DNA of 64,000 bases, taken from Planctomycetota bacterium (lineage in GTDB: Bacteria; Planctomycetota; SZUA-567; H5-PLA8). Positions 38,162 through 47,447 of the stretch are shown here, piece after piece. The notes below the pieces were generated by a model. The model searched no databases. It was given only the letters and a program-made list of their open reading frames with translations, and was not told the DNA's origin. The translations under genes were made by a program, and so were the position numbers. The stretch lies in assembly GCA_038227875.1 (NCBI GenBank), contig JBBRPR010000019.1, positions 79,807 to 143,806 of the forward strand, read 5' to 3'. The stretch's first letter is position 1. Every line of letters starts with the position of its first letter.

Positions 38162-39793
38162 TTACTTTTTCGCCAGCAGCCGCAAGATGGCCGCGTTGCC
38201 GCGCGCATAATCGGCGACGCTTTTTCCGCTTTTGTTGCGCGCATGCTTGTCGGCGCCGTGTTCGAGCAGCCAGCGCATGGAAGCCACGGAGCCTTTTTTC
38301 GCGACATGCATCAGCAGAGTCGCTTGCATCTCATCGCGCGCATCGAGGTTCGCGCCGCGCGCGGCGAGCAGTTCCATCACGGGAATGGGATCTAGCTTCG
38401 AGCGCGTCTTCGCCAGTTGCAGCAGGGGCGTCAGGCCTTCTTCGTCGAGCGCATCGGGCTTGGCGCCGCGCTCAAGCAGCAACGTGATCAGCGGCAGCTT
38501 GCCGCTGCGCACGGCGTAGTGCAGCGCCGTGTGGCCGTGGCGGTCGCGATCGTCGAGATTCGCGCCATAGCTGAGCAGCACGTTGACGCGATGAAGTTCG
38601 TTGGTGCTCACGTCGGGCCGACAGGCGCGCGGCAGCATCCATTCGGGAACTTTCTTGCCGCTGGCGATCAACAGATCGGCGATCGGTCTCTGCGCATCAT
38701 CGAGTCTGCCGAGGTAACCGGCGCGCTGGACTTCGGCGCCGTGTTCGACGAGCGCCTTCACGAGATCGAAGCGGTTCATCACGACTGCCATGGTCAGCAG
38801 CTTGCCGCTTTGCGCTGCGACTGCGGCGCCGCGTTCGAGCAGCAGATTCACACAATCGATATTCCCGCCGCAGACGGCGTGGACGAGCAGGGATGCCTCC
38901 TGAAAATCGTCGGCGGGGTCGATCGCGTTCAAAAGTTTGGGGTTGCGGTCGAGGAATTTGCGGAGCGAGGCCAAATCGCCGAGCCACGCGCCGGTGAAGA
39001 CATCGTCGATCGCTCCGTGCTCGATCAAGACGGGAACCAGCGCGGGCTGCCACTTCTTCGCCAGCGCCAGGGGCGTGACGGAGACACCCGTTCCCAGGTG
39101 AACCTGGTCGCAGGCCATGGTGGTTTCCATGGGATCGCAGCCAGGCAGATTGGGATTGGCGCCCGCGAGCAGCGCCGTCTGTAGAATCTTGGGGCGGTTG
39201 CGATAGACGGAAATCCAGACCAGCGACTGGCCGTGCAGCCCGCGGCCTTGGGCAAGCGCGGGATTTTTTCGCAGCGCTTTGCAGACGGCCTCGGTTCGTC
39301 CTTTTGCGGCATCGGACAAAACTGACGCCAGCCGCACCAGTGCCGGGTCCTGGACGCCGTCGCAGTGCCGGTTGAGATCGGACTCCTTCGTTTCAGGACT
39401 GTGGATCATGGATTTGGCGATGCGCGCGAGCAGACGCATGATGGGATCGGGATCGGCGCCGCGGGCTGCGAGTGCTTCACGCATGCAGCGCAGCCACGCG
39501 GCGGCCGTTTTCGGGCTGATGTAGCGGGGCTGATGCCGGCGCAACAAGCCGCCGTCGAACTGGTCGGAATACTCGCGCTCACCGCCAAACCACTGCAGAA
39601 AAAATCGTGCAGCTTCAGCGTGGTTGAGATGGCGAAAGGCCAAGCGGAGCACCGGGTCCTCGCCGATGCGCCGATAGAGATCCTCAATCAGCGCCGAGAT
39701 GCCCGTGCGTCCGCCCAGAGCTTCGAACAGCTTCGGGTCGGGGTACTCAACGAGCGCCTCACCACGGTGGCGGAGTTCTTTGTGGTCTGTCAT
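38162..39793 (-). CDS. Truncated (2/2) hemoglobin domain fused to ankyrin repeats
   Basis: LFEALGG..LIEDLYRRI..DPVL, FLQWFGG..YS, LRRHQP, AAWLRCMREAL, followed by ankyrin repeats (GHTALHYAVRSG, GLTPLL). Confidence 0.85.
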   Translation of the reverse strand: MTDHKELRHRGEALVEYPDPKLFEALGGRTGISALIEDLYRRIGEDPVLRLAFRHLNHAEAARFFLQWFGGEREYSDQFDGGLLRRHQPRYISPKTAAAWLRCMREALAARGADPDPIMRLLARIAKSMIHSPETKESDLNRHCDGVQDPALVRLASVLSDAAKGRTEAVCKALRKNPALAQGRGLHGQSLVWISVYRNRPKILQTALLAGANPNLPGCDPMETTMACDQVHLGTGVSVTPLALAKKWQPALVPVLIEHGAIDDVFTGAWLGDLASLRKFLDRNPKLLNAIDPADDFQEASLLVHAVCGGNIDCVNLLLERGAAVAAQSGKLLTMAVVMNRFDLVKALVEHGAEVQRAGYLGRLDDAQRPIADLLIASGKKVPEWMLPRACRPDVSTNELHRVNVLLSYGANLDDRDRHGHTALHYAVRSGKLPLITLLLERGAKPDALDEEGLTPLLQLAKTRSKLDPIPVMELLAARGANLDARDEMQATLLMHVAKKGSVASMRWLLEHGADKHARNKSGKSVADYARGNAAILRLLAKK

Positions 39794-39892
39794 TCAGAAG
39801 TCTCAATCGCTTGCTGACGATCCAGAACGTGCACGCAGCAATGCCGATAACTTCTCTGATGCTACCACGCGCGGCAATTTCCTCCCACGACG

Positions 39893-40672
39893 TTAGATTT
39901 TACGAACTGGAGATTCCGACGTCTCTGTAGGTGACGCCGCGGAACGATCAGCAGCCAGTTGCGGAACAAACATGGGGACGCGCTTTTGGTAGTTCCGGTA
40001 CATGCCGCCGAACGTTTCCACCAGGTCGCGTTCTTCGACACGGGCCGCGAGAATCATGTAGAGCGTCATCGTTCCGGCAAAGATCAAGTGGCCGAGGGAC
40101 ATCGTCGGTGTAGCCCAGAACGCCAGCGCCCATCCCACATATAAAGGATGTCGGATTCGGCTGTAGAGCATCGGTGTGCGGAAGGGCAACGCGGCGTAGG
40201 GCCGCCCTTGAAGATGGAGCCAGACCTGCCGGGTACCGAACAAGTCGAAGTGATTGATCATCAAACTCGCTGAGGGAACCAAGAGCCAACCGGCGGCGAA
40301 AAGCGCCCAAAGAAGCGTGCGCGCCACGGGTTGTTGAACGTCCCAAACGGTCGCGTCGAGACTCCGCCACTGCCACATCAACAACGCGCTGACTGCATTT
40401 GAGACCAGCACATAGGTGCTGCGCTCGATCGGCTGCGGGACGATCCGTGTCCAGTATCGCTTGAACCACGGGCGTGCCATGATGGAATGTTGCAGTCCGA
40501 ACAAGGCGATCAGCAAGATATCGATGACGATCGCGCTGAGGTCATTGAATGGCGCCGAGTCGATGGATTTCGGAACGAGAAAATTGCCCACGAAGCCGGC
40601 CATGTAAGCAAAGATCACGAAGAACAGCAGGTGAGCAAACACACCGTAGAAAAAAAAGCTCCAGCGTCGCAT
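39893..40672 (-). CDS. mddA: Methanethiol S-methyltransferase-like (isoprenylcysteine carboxylmethyltransferase/nurim family)
   Basis: GFVGN..VPKSID, LQHSIMARPWFK..WT..IERSTYVL, WQWR, NHFDLFG.RQV, IRHPLY.G..AFWATPTM..GHL.FA, EERDL. Confidence 0.82.
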   Translation of the reverse strand: MRRWSFFFYGVFAHLLFFVIFAYMAGFVGNFLVPKSIDSAPFNDLSAIVIDILLIALFGLQHSIMARPWFKRYWTRIVPQPIERSTYVLVSNAVSALLMWQWRSLDATVWDVQQPVARTLLWALFAAGWLLVPSASLMINHFDLFGTRQVWLHLQGRPYAALPFRTPMLYSRIRHPLYVGWALAFWATPTMSLGHLIFAGTMTLYMILAARVEERDLVETFGGMYRNYQKRVPMFVPQLAADRSAASPTETSESPVRKI

Positions 40673-40865
40673 GAGTAAGTCTCCTGAATAGGGTTTGAAC
40701 AAGATCAGCCGCGTCCGCGACAACCCGCGTGCCCGCGCTGTGCTTCTTCACATTACGCTGGATGCAAAGCTTGGTAAGTTGACTGCGGGTACACCGGGGG
40801 TTGACTTGAAGTACACCCCATGGACAATTTCAGCTTCCTGCACTTACTTATTGCGAGGTATTCCT

Positions 40866-41453
40866 ATGCCTTCAACGCGCCAGCGATTAACAGAGTCAGC
40901 CCTGCGGCGGTTTTACCGCGACGGTTTTCGTAACGTGGGCCTGGATCAGGTGCTCGACGATGTCGGTATCAGCAAGACCGCGTTCTATAAACATTTTGAA
41001 TGCAAGGAAGACTTGGTGCTCGCCGCCCTGGACATGCAGAACCGCTGGATGCAGGACTCCCTAAGTTCAATGGTTCGCGAGTACGGCGGCGTTACTCCGG
41101 TGGGGCAACTCCGGTCCTTGCTCGATGTGGTGGACAAGATCATCAGCGCTGACGACTACAAGGGCTGTATTTTTGTCAACGTCGCGATGGAGTATCCGCT
41201 GGCGCACGAGCCAGCTCACATCGCGGCCGCAAAACACAAGCAGTCCATCGAATCGATCGTGCGCGAACTGGCCACGCAGGCGGGTGCCGCTGATCCTCAG
41301 CAGATGGCGCGTGAGTTGTGCCTGATCATGGAAGGCGCGTACGTCACGCGGCAGATCACCGGCGACAAGCAGAGCATCAATGTGGCCCGCCGACTTGCGG
41401 ATCTGGTCATCGCCGCGCACCTACCGACCAGCGCCGCCGCCGCGGATGCTTGA
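40866..41453 (+). CDS. TetR/AcrR-family regulator, divergent from mddA
   Basis: FYRDGFRNVGLDQVLDDVGISKTAFYKHFECKEDLV, GCIFVN, LIMEGA. RBS GAGG. Confidence 0.93.
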   Translation: MPSTRQRLTESALRRFYRDGFRNVGLDQVLDDVGISKTAFYKHFECKEDLVLAALDMQNRWMQDSLSSMVREYGGVTPVGQLRSLLDVVDKIISADDYKGCIFVNVAMEYPLAHEPAHIAAAKHKQSIESIVRELATQAGAADPQQMARELCLIMEGAYVTRQITGDKQSINVARRLADLVIAAHLPTSAAAADA

Positions 41454-43430
41454 TTACTTCCCAGCTAATCGCGAGAGCAACAGTCTGGCCAACTCCCCCT
41501 GCCCGCTGGCCGGCGGAATTTTTTCCAGCAGGTCACGCGCATTTGAAATGTCTTTACGGACTTGCTGGGGATCCGCGGCATCGAGTTCCGAAAGCCGGAT
41601 AAACACGCGCGCTTTGGCGGTTACCGCTTGAAAATCGTAAAGATGTGCAGCGATGGATTGATTCGCGGCGTCGAGCGCTTGTTTGCATTTCTGGAGGCGC
41701 TGATCCGCGGTTAAGTTTGCGTCGAAGGACTCCCGCAGATTCGTTTCCGTCATCACCAGCCAGGCGAAAGCGAGCGTTTGCGGCAGGTAGCTGCGCTTGG
41801 GAATTGCGTTGCCGGCTCCGGTTTCGGGGAGTTGCGTCCAGCCTGCCGGCGGCAGCCAGCCATCGAGGCGTTCGCGCGCGGCGTCGAAACGATTCTGGCG
41901 CATCAGCAGGTCGGCGATGGTGGCGCGCAGGTAGAACACTTCGAAAAAATTCTCGACGTCGGGGCACTCGAGCGCCTTTTCGTATTGCGCCAGCAGTGCG
42001 TTGCCGAGCGTCGTGGCGAGTTGGGGATCAGGCGTCGCGCCCTGAGGCGAAGCGCGCTCGTATTCCGTGCGCAGCACCGTGGACGCACAGAGCCGCGCCA
42101 TCGCGGAGCGCGGCTGTTTTTGCACCGCGTCAAAAAAGAGCGTCAGCTCGCTGTTGTAATCGGCGGAGCGAAGCAGGGCTAGATATCCGAGTGCGACGAG
42201 CGCGGCGGTCGCAGCATAGGCTCCAAATCGCGTCACCTGCAGACGTGCCAGCAGTCCTTCAGCGGCCAGCGCGAGCGCCAGAATCAATCCCGCCGATGCG
42301 GCATAGGCGTAGCGGTCCTGCAGAAAGTACGGCAGCGCGATGAGATTCCAATTGGGGCCGAGCATTCCGACAAACCAGAAGAGTCCGAGCAGCGCGAGGC
42401 GTCGTTGAGTGCCTGCCGACACGACGAGCGCGCCGAAAGTCGCGAATACGGCCGCGCCGCAGAGCCACAGTCTCGGATCGGCCAGCGAAACAATGGGATC
42501 GACGGCGTAGAAGAAACTCAACCCAACCGGAACGAAAATGTGTGCGATGTAGCGCAGCGCCAATTGCGAGTCCGTCAAAATTGCGGTCCATACGCTGCCG
42601 CCGGGCGGCTGAACGACGCGATGGATTGAATGAATGCTCAGCGCCATGACTCCGACACTTAAAAACACCGCCGGCGCCAGATGCAGCGCGAGCCGCCTCC
42701 AGGATGCGGCCTGACTGGCTACGAATGCGCGCTCAATTGGGTCGATGATTTCCAAAGCAACAAAAACGGGCAACAGTCCCAGCGCGGTCGGCTTACTGAA
42801 AAGTGCGAGCAGATAAAACGCGCTCACGAGAAGCCAGCGCCAGGATTTATCGCGCGGTAACGTCCACGCCAGCAGCGCGGCGAATCCAAAGAGCGCCGCG
42901 AGCACATTCTTGCGTTCGGCGATCCAACAGACCGATTCGCACGCCATCGGGTGTCCTGTCCACGCCAGCGCCGTGAAGAGCGCTACGCCGGGTGAGGCGC
43001 TGAGTCGCCGGAGCATTTTCCAGAGGAGCCAACCGGCCAGCGTGTGATAGAGCGCGTTCATCAGGCGCACGCCGGGCGCCCACGCGTCCGATGGCTGTGG
43101 ATAGTCGAGCGGCTCATTGACGCTGTCACCAGGAGCAGCGGTCTCCGTCATTCCCGGACGTGGCACGCCGAACAGCGCGTAGTCCAGGCGGTACGACGCT
43201 GTCGCCACGAATTCCAGATAGAGCAGAGGGCGCCAGGAATCCTGCGCGAAGCGCTGCTGCGGTGGAGGCGTCAGCCAGGGTTCTTCGACGGCGAGGTAAA
43301 TGTGGGCGGCATCGTCGTAGTGATAAAACGGCGCGCTCCACGACCGACTGACCACCAAGGCGCTCATAACCAATAGCAGGGCAAAGACAACGCCGGAGTG
43401 CTCGGGCCAAGTCAATTTTGGTGGGGACAT
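41454..43430 (-). CDS. TMTC-like membrane glycosyltransferase (GT-C) with short helical C-terminus
   Basis: FYHYDD, NALYH, HPMACESVCWIAERKNVL, SKP, QDRYAY. Confidence 0.8.
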   Translation of the reverse strand: MSPPKLTWPEHSGVVFALLLVMSALVVSRSWSAPFYHYDDAAHIYLAVEEPWLTPPPQQRFAQDSWRPLLYLEFVATASYRLDYALFGVPRPGMTETAAPGDSVNEPLDYPQPSDAWAPGVRLMNALYHTLAGWLLWKMLRRLSASPGVALFTALAWTGHPMACESVCWIAERKNVLAALFGFAALLAWTLPRDKSWRWLLVSAFYLLALFSKPTALGLLPVFVALEIIDPIERAFVASQAASWRRLALHLAPAVFLSVGVMALSIHSIHRVVQPPGGSVWTAILTDSQLALRYIAHIFVPVGLSFFYAVDPIVSLADPRLWLCGAAVFATFGALVVSAGTQRRLALLGLFWFVGMLGPNWNLIALPYFLQDRYAYAASAGLILALALAAEGLLARLQVTRFGAYAATAALVALGYLALLRSADYNSELTLFFDAVQKQPRSAMARLCASTVLRTEYERASPQGATPDPQLATTLGNALLAQYEKALECPDVENFFEVFYLRATIADLLMRQNRFDAARERLDGWLPPAGWTQLPETGAGNAIPKRSYLPQTLAFAWLVMTETNLRESFDANLTADQRLQKCKQALDAANQSIAAHLYDFQAVTAKARVFIRLSELDAADPQQVRKDISNARDLLEKIPPASGQGELARLLLSRLAGK

Positions 43431-43568
43431 ATCGAGAGACTAATGAGATGGAGCGCGCAACGCAATCGTGCTCGCAGTGGGTAAGCAGCTTGCGCCGCGC
43501 CATTCGTCAAACTGATCGTTGTGCCGGACGTGATTGCGGTATTTAATACGCACGGAGGAAAAAGCGAT

Positions 43569-43979
43569 ATGGATATTCAACGCAGTGGTTCCAAGCCATC
43601 CAACAAAGGCCCGGCTGACTGGTTTACCGGAACGGTGCGGATTGATCCGTTATTTCAAGCTGCCGCTCCGGCACGCGGGGCGGGCAATCATGTCACATTT
43701 GAGCCGGGTGCTAGAACCGCGTGGCACACGCACCCGCTGGGGCAGACGCTGATTGTCACGTCCGGTTTCGGCTGGGCGCAACGGTGGGGCGGCCCGGTCG
43801 AAGAAATTCGTCCCGGCGACGTGGTTTGGTTTCCGGCGGGCGAAAAGCATTGGCACGGCGCGACCTCCACCACGGCCATGACGCATATTGCCATTCAGGA
43901 AAGTCTCGACGGCAAAGCGGTCGACTGGTTGGAGCATGTCAGTGACGAGCAATACCAGGCCCGCAAGACAAACTCATAG
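43569..43979 (+). CDS. Cupin domain protein
   Basis: [69 protein letters not shown]. Confidence 0.93.
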   Translation: MDIQRSGSKPSNKGPADWFTGTVRIDPLFQAAAPARGAGNHVTFEPGARTAWHTHPLGQTLIVTSGFGWAQRWGGPVEEIRPGDVVWFPAGEKHWHGATSTTAMTHIAIQESLDGKAVDWLEHVSDEQYQARKTNS

Positions 43980-43992
43980 GAGCATTAAAACC

Positions 43993-45054
43993 ATGTACAA
44001 AACGAAAGCTTACGCCGCTGGCAGTGCCACATCGAAACTGGCTTCATCCACGATTCCACGTCGCGATCCGAAAGAAAAGGACGTACAGATCGAAATTTTA
44101 TTCTGCGGCGTCTGTCACTCCGACTTGCATCAGGTCCGCAATGAGTGGAGCGAAGTGATGCCGACGGTATACCCGTGCGTTCCGGGCCACGAGATCGTCG
44201 GCCGCGTCGCCAAGGTCGGTTCGGGAGTCACCGCGTTCAAGGTCGGCGATCTCGCTGCGGTGGGATGCATGGTGGATTCGGACCGCACCTGTCCGGCATG
44301 CCGCGATGGCCTCGAGCAATTCTGCCCGAACTTCACGCTCACTTATAATTTTCCAGACAAGCACGGGACGGCTCCGGTGACCTACGGCGGTTACTCCGAC
44401 AGCATCGTCGTCGACGAACGATTCGTGCTGCATGTCCCTTCCAATCTCAATCTCGCCGGCGCGGCGCCCCTGCTCTGCGCGGGAATCACGACGTACTCGC
44501 CGCTGAAACATTGGGGCGTGACCAAGGGTAAAAAAGTCGGCGTGGTGGGGCTCGGTGGCTTGGGCCACATGGGCGTGAAGTTCGCACACGCGCTCGGCGC
44601 TCATGTTGTCGTCTTCACGACCTCGCCAGGAAAGAAAGAGGACGCGTTGCGTCTTGGGGCCGATGAAGTTGTGCTCTCGCGCGACGCCAACGCGATGCAA
44701 AAGCACGCTGGCAGCTTCAATTTCATTCTCGACGCCGTCTCGGCCAACCACGACATCAACGCGTACATCAGTCTGCTCGCGCGCGACGGCAACCTCACGC
44801 TCGTCGGCGCACCGGAGAAGCCGCTGAGTGTTTCGGCGTTCGGGCTGATCATGGGCCGACGCAGTCTTTCCGGCTCGCCCATCGGCGGCATTCCCGAAAC
44901 GCAGGAGATGCTCGACTTCTGCGGAAAGCACAACATCACTTCCGACGTTGAAGTGATTCCGATTCAGAAAGTCAATGAAGCGTACGAGCGGCTGCTGAAG
45001 TCCGATGTGAAGTACCGGTTCAGCATCGACATGGCGTCGCTCAAATCTGAATAG
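43993..45054 (+). CDS. Zn-dependent NAD(P)H alcohol dehydrogenase (YahK/CAD-like)
   Basis: CGVCHSD, GHE, APLLCAGITTYSPL, GLGGLGHMG, DVKYRFSID. Confidence 0.95.
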   Translation: MYKTKAYAAGSATSKLASSTIPRRDPKEKDVQIEILFCGVCHSDLHQVRNEWSEVMPTVYPCVPGHEIVGRVAKVGSGVTAFKVGDLAAVGCMVDSDRTCPACRDGLEQFCPNFTLTYNFPDKHGTAPVTYGGYSDSIVVDERFVLHVPSNLNLAGAAPLLCAGITTYSPLKHWGVTKGKKVGVVGLGGLGHMGVKFAHALGAHVVVFTTSPGKKEDALRLGADEVVLSRDANAMQKHAGSFNFILDAVSANHDINAYISLLARDGNLTLVGAPEKPLSVSAFGLIMGRRSLSGSPIGGIPETQEMLDFCGKHNITSDVEVIPIQKVNEAYERLLKSDVKYRFSIDMASLKSE

Positions 45055-45281
45055 CGATAAGCGCGCCGGAAAATGTTAGTTCCCGCACCGCGATATAATA
45101 ATGTCATGGCGCAAATTTGCGCCCCGATCGTCTCCTTCGAGCTTACGCCGGAGGATCTCCAGCGAGATCGCGAACGCAGCGGCGCAGATTACCGTTCAAC
45201 GCGCGCGGTATCCGGAAAAGTTGGAGCAGATGACAGGGCGTCAACCTCAGCGGAGGGTTGTTGGGCCAGAATAGGACAACT

Positions 45282-47186
45282 TCATTTCACCAGTTGTTCC
45301 GCGACCGTGGCCAAATAGCGCAGCCGTTCCGCGTTGGCTTCGGAAAGGTCTGGATAATCCTTCTTGAGCGTCTCGAGCGTGGAACTCACGCTGCCGGCTC
45401 TTCCGTTTTTCAATGCGGTTTCGAGATCGTTGACGGCGGCTTCGAATTTTAAAAGTCGTTTCTGCGTGGCGCGCGCGTCGACGTATGCGGCCCAGGCCGG
45501 AACTTCGTCCTTCTTGAGCCGCCGGAGTAATTGCTGCGCGCCTTCGGAATTGCCGAGACCGAAAAGATACGCCGCCTTGTCCGCGGCCTCTGCCGGCTTC
45601 GATTCATCGACGCCCAAGGCCTTGACGAAAACGCTTTGAGGTAACGCGGACAGATCGACAGCCAATTCGACGCCTTGTGATTTGACGTAGACTTTGCCAT
45701 CCGTGATTCGCGCGATCTTGCCGCGCATCTTCGGCTTTTCGATCTGTACGTCTTCGGCAGGCGGAGATTTGGCGAGGTTTTCAAGGGCGCGGCTGTGGAG
45801 CGCCTGCGCCTTCTCAAGCACAGTTCCCAGTAATTGCAGCTCGGGAGCGGAAGAACCCTTTGTGATGCGCAGCGCCTGTTCCAACTTCTGTGCGGGGTCG
45901 AAATCCTTCTTCATCATTTCTTCGACGCTGTCACAGGTGCGGATAGCGACGCGTTGAACTTCGCTGACGACCGGCGCAAAGGCGTGGCGCGTCCGGGCAA
46001 TGATCTCCACGCTGTGGATCATGTACCAGAATTCGTGCTCCATCGCGGTCTCGTTCAAATTGCTGATGCGGAATTCGTTCTTTCCGCCCTTCAGCAGCCC
46101 CGCCGCAAGTGGGTAGCGCTGCTCGGTCCAAACATACATTTGCGTGGCGGTATCGTTGCCATTGAAGGCTTCCTGGCCATTGATGGCGAAGACGATGTGC
46201 GACGATGGCTTTTTTCCCTCGAACAAACTCCAGACCACGATTGTTCCGGCATCGTAGAGGTCAGGCTTGAGCTCAAAAGTCGCGATCATGGTATGGCGCG
46301 TGGAGTTCTTGCCCCAGATGGCTTTGGACGCTTTGTCTTTGCCGGCGAATCCATGGTATTCTCCGCCACCCTTAAAGTCGCTCCAGAGCAGCTTGCAGAC
46401 CGAACTTGCGTTGCCCAGGTCCAACTCCTGAGTTCCCGGCGGCAATTCCGGCTTCGCCAGAGGTGCTGGCGCAGTTTCGACAGGGGCAGGCTCGGCGACC
46501 GGCGCCGGTTTCTCCACCGCAACAGGCGGCGTGGCGCGTTCGAGTGGATTGGGCGGCGTGTCCGGCGCGGGTGGAGCGTTTTCGATAATTGTTTTCGCCG
46601 GCGTTGAAGCAACCGGCGGCGTGGGCTTGACGGTCTTCACGTCGGTTGCGCGCGGCACTTCCGGTTTGACGACGTCGTGTGTTCGTACGATTGGCGTCGG
46701 CGATGGGGTGGACGGTTGTACGCTCGGCTGCGTTCGGGATGTGCTTTCGCTGGCCGCCATTTTCTTATCAGCGGCGGTGCCGTGCGATCCAAAAATTAAA
46801 ATGAGAGCGGAAACAATCAGCACCAGTCCGCTTGCGCCGATGAGGACCATCATCTGTCGCCGATTGACTGCGACTTGAGGTGCCGGCGCAAACGCAGGTG
46901 GATGGGACGTCCGCAGATGTCCCTTGCTGGTTCGGGCTTCGGCGAGCTGTGGAAGTGTGGCGCTACCCGTGGCCGGCCGCATGGCGGTGCGGGACTTGTT
47001 TGATCCTGATGGAATTCTTGCGGGCACTTGCGCAGCTGCGGTTGCGGATGCGTCGACTTTTCCAGCCTGGTTCGCAGCGCAACCCGCGCAGAGCGCCCGC
47101 GATTCGTCAATCTGGATGGCGGTATTTGCTTCGAAGTCGGCGGCGGGAATTCGCACACTGCAGATATCACAATAATAAATCAGCAT
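45282..47186 (-). CDS. Hypothetical bitopic membrane protein with N-terminal CxxC..CxxC zinc finger
   Basis: MLIYYCDIC...LCAGC, TM VLIGASGLVLIVSALILIF, Pro-rich linker, beta-rich domain, helical C-terminus. Confidence 0.8.
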   Translation of the reverse strand: MLIYYCDICSVRIPAADFEANTAIQIDESRALCAGCAANQAGKVDASATAAAQVPARIPSGSNKSRTAMRPATGSATLPQLAEARTSKGHLRTSHPPAFAPAPQVAVNRRQMMVLIGASGLVLIVSALILIFGSHGTAADKKMAASESTSRTQPSVQPSTPSPTPIVRTHDVVKPEVPRATDVKTVKPTPPVASTPAKTIIENAPPAPDTPPNPLERATPPVAVEKPAPVAEPAPVETAPAPLAKPELPPGTQELDLGNASSVCKLLWSDFKGGGEYHGFAGKDKASKAIWGKNSTRHTMIATFELKPDLYDAGTIVVWSLFEGKKPSSHIVFAINGQEAFNGNDTATQMYVWTEQRYPLAAGLLKGGKNEFRISNLNETAMEHEFWYMIHSVEIIARTRHAFAPVVSEVQRVAIRTCDSVEEMMKKDFDPAQKLEQALRITKGSSAPELQLLGTVLEKAQALHSRALENLAKSPPAEDVQIEKPKMRGKIARITDGKVYVKSQGVELAVDLSALPQSVFVKALGVDESKPAEAADKAAYLFGLGNSEGAQQLLRRLKKDEVPAWAAYVDARATQKRLLKFEAAVNDLETALKNGRAGSVSSTLETLKKDYPDLSEANAERLRYLATVAEQLVK

Positions 47187-47447
47187 GGAGTACAAATCCG
47201 GCGTTTAATGAGAACTTTCAAACGTTGATTGTAGTGCAATATGCTTGTTTTTATACATGGAAATGAAATCGACTCTGTGGACTCTTCGCCAATGGAGCGC
47301 CGAGCTGTCGAAGAGTGGAAGAATCTTCCAATAAACTACACACGTGCACCATAATTTTTGAACTGATGTATCTTTGACTATTGACACTTATTGATGTCAA
47401 CATACAAGTGGCCGAACATCGATTTTATTTAAATTTGGAGGTTATAC

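Noticed and set aside
45073..45318. 81-aa ORF after the alcohol dehydrogenase, preceded by a TATAAT-like box
   Set aside because: No recognisable family, and it overlaps the convergent gene end. It may be a remnant but cannot be supported.
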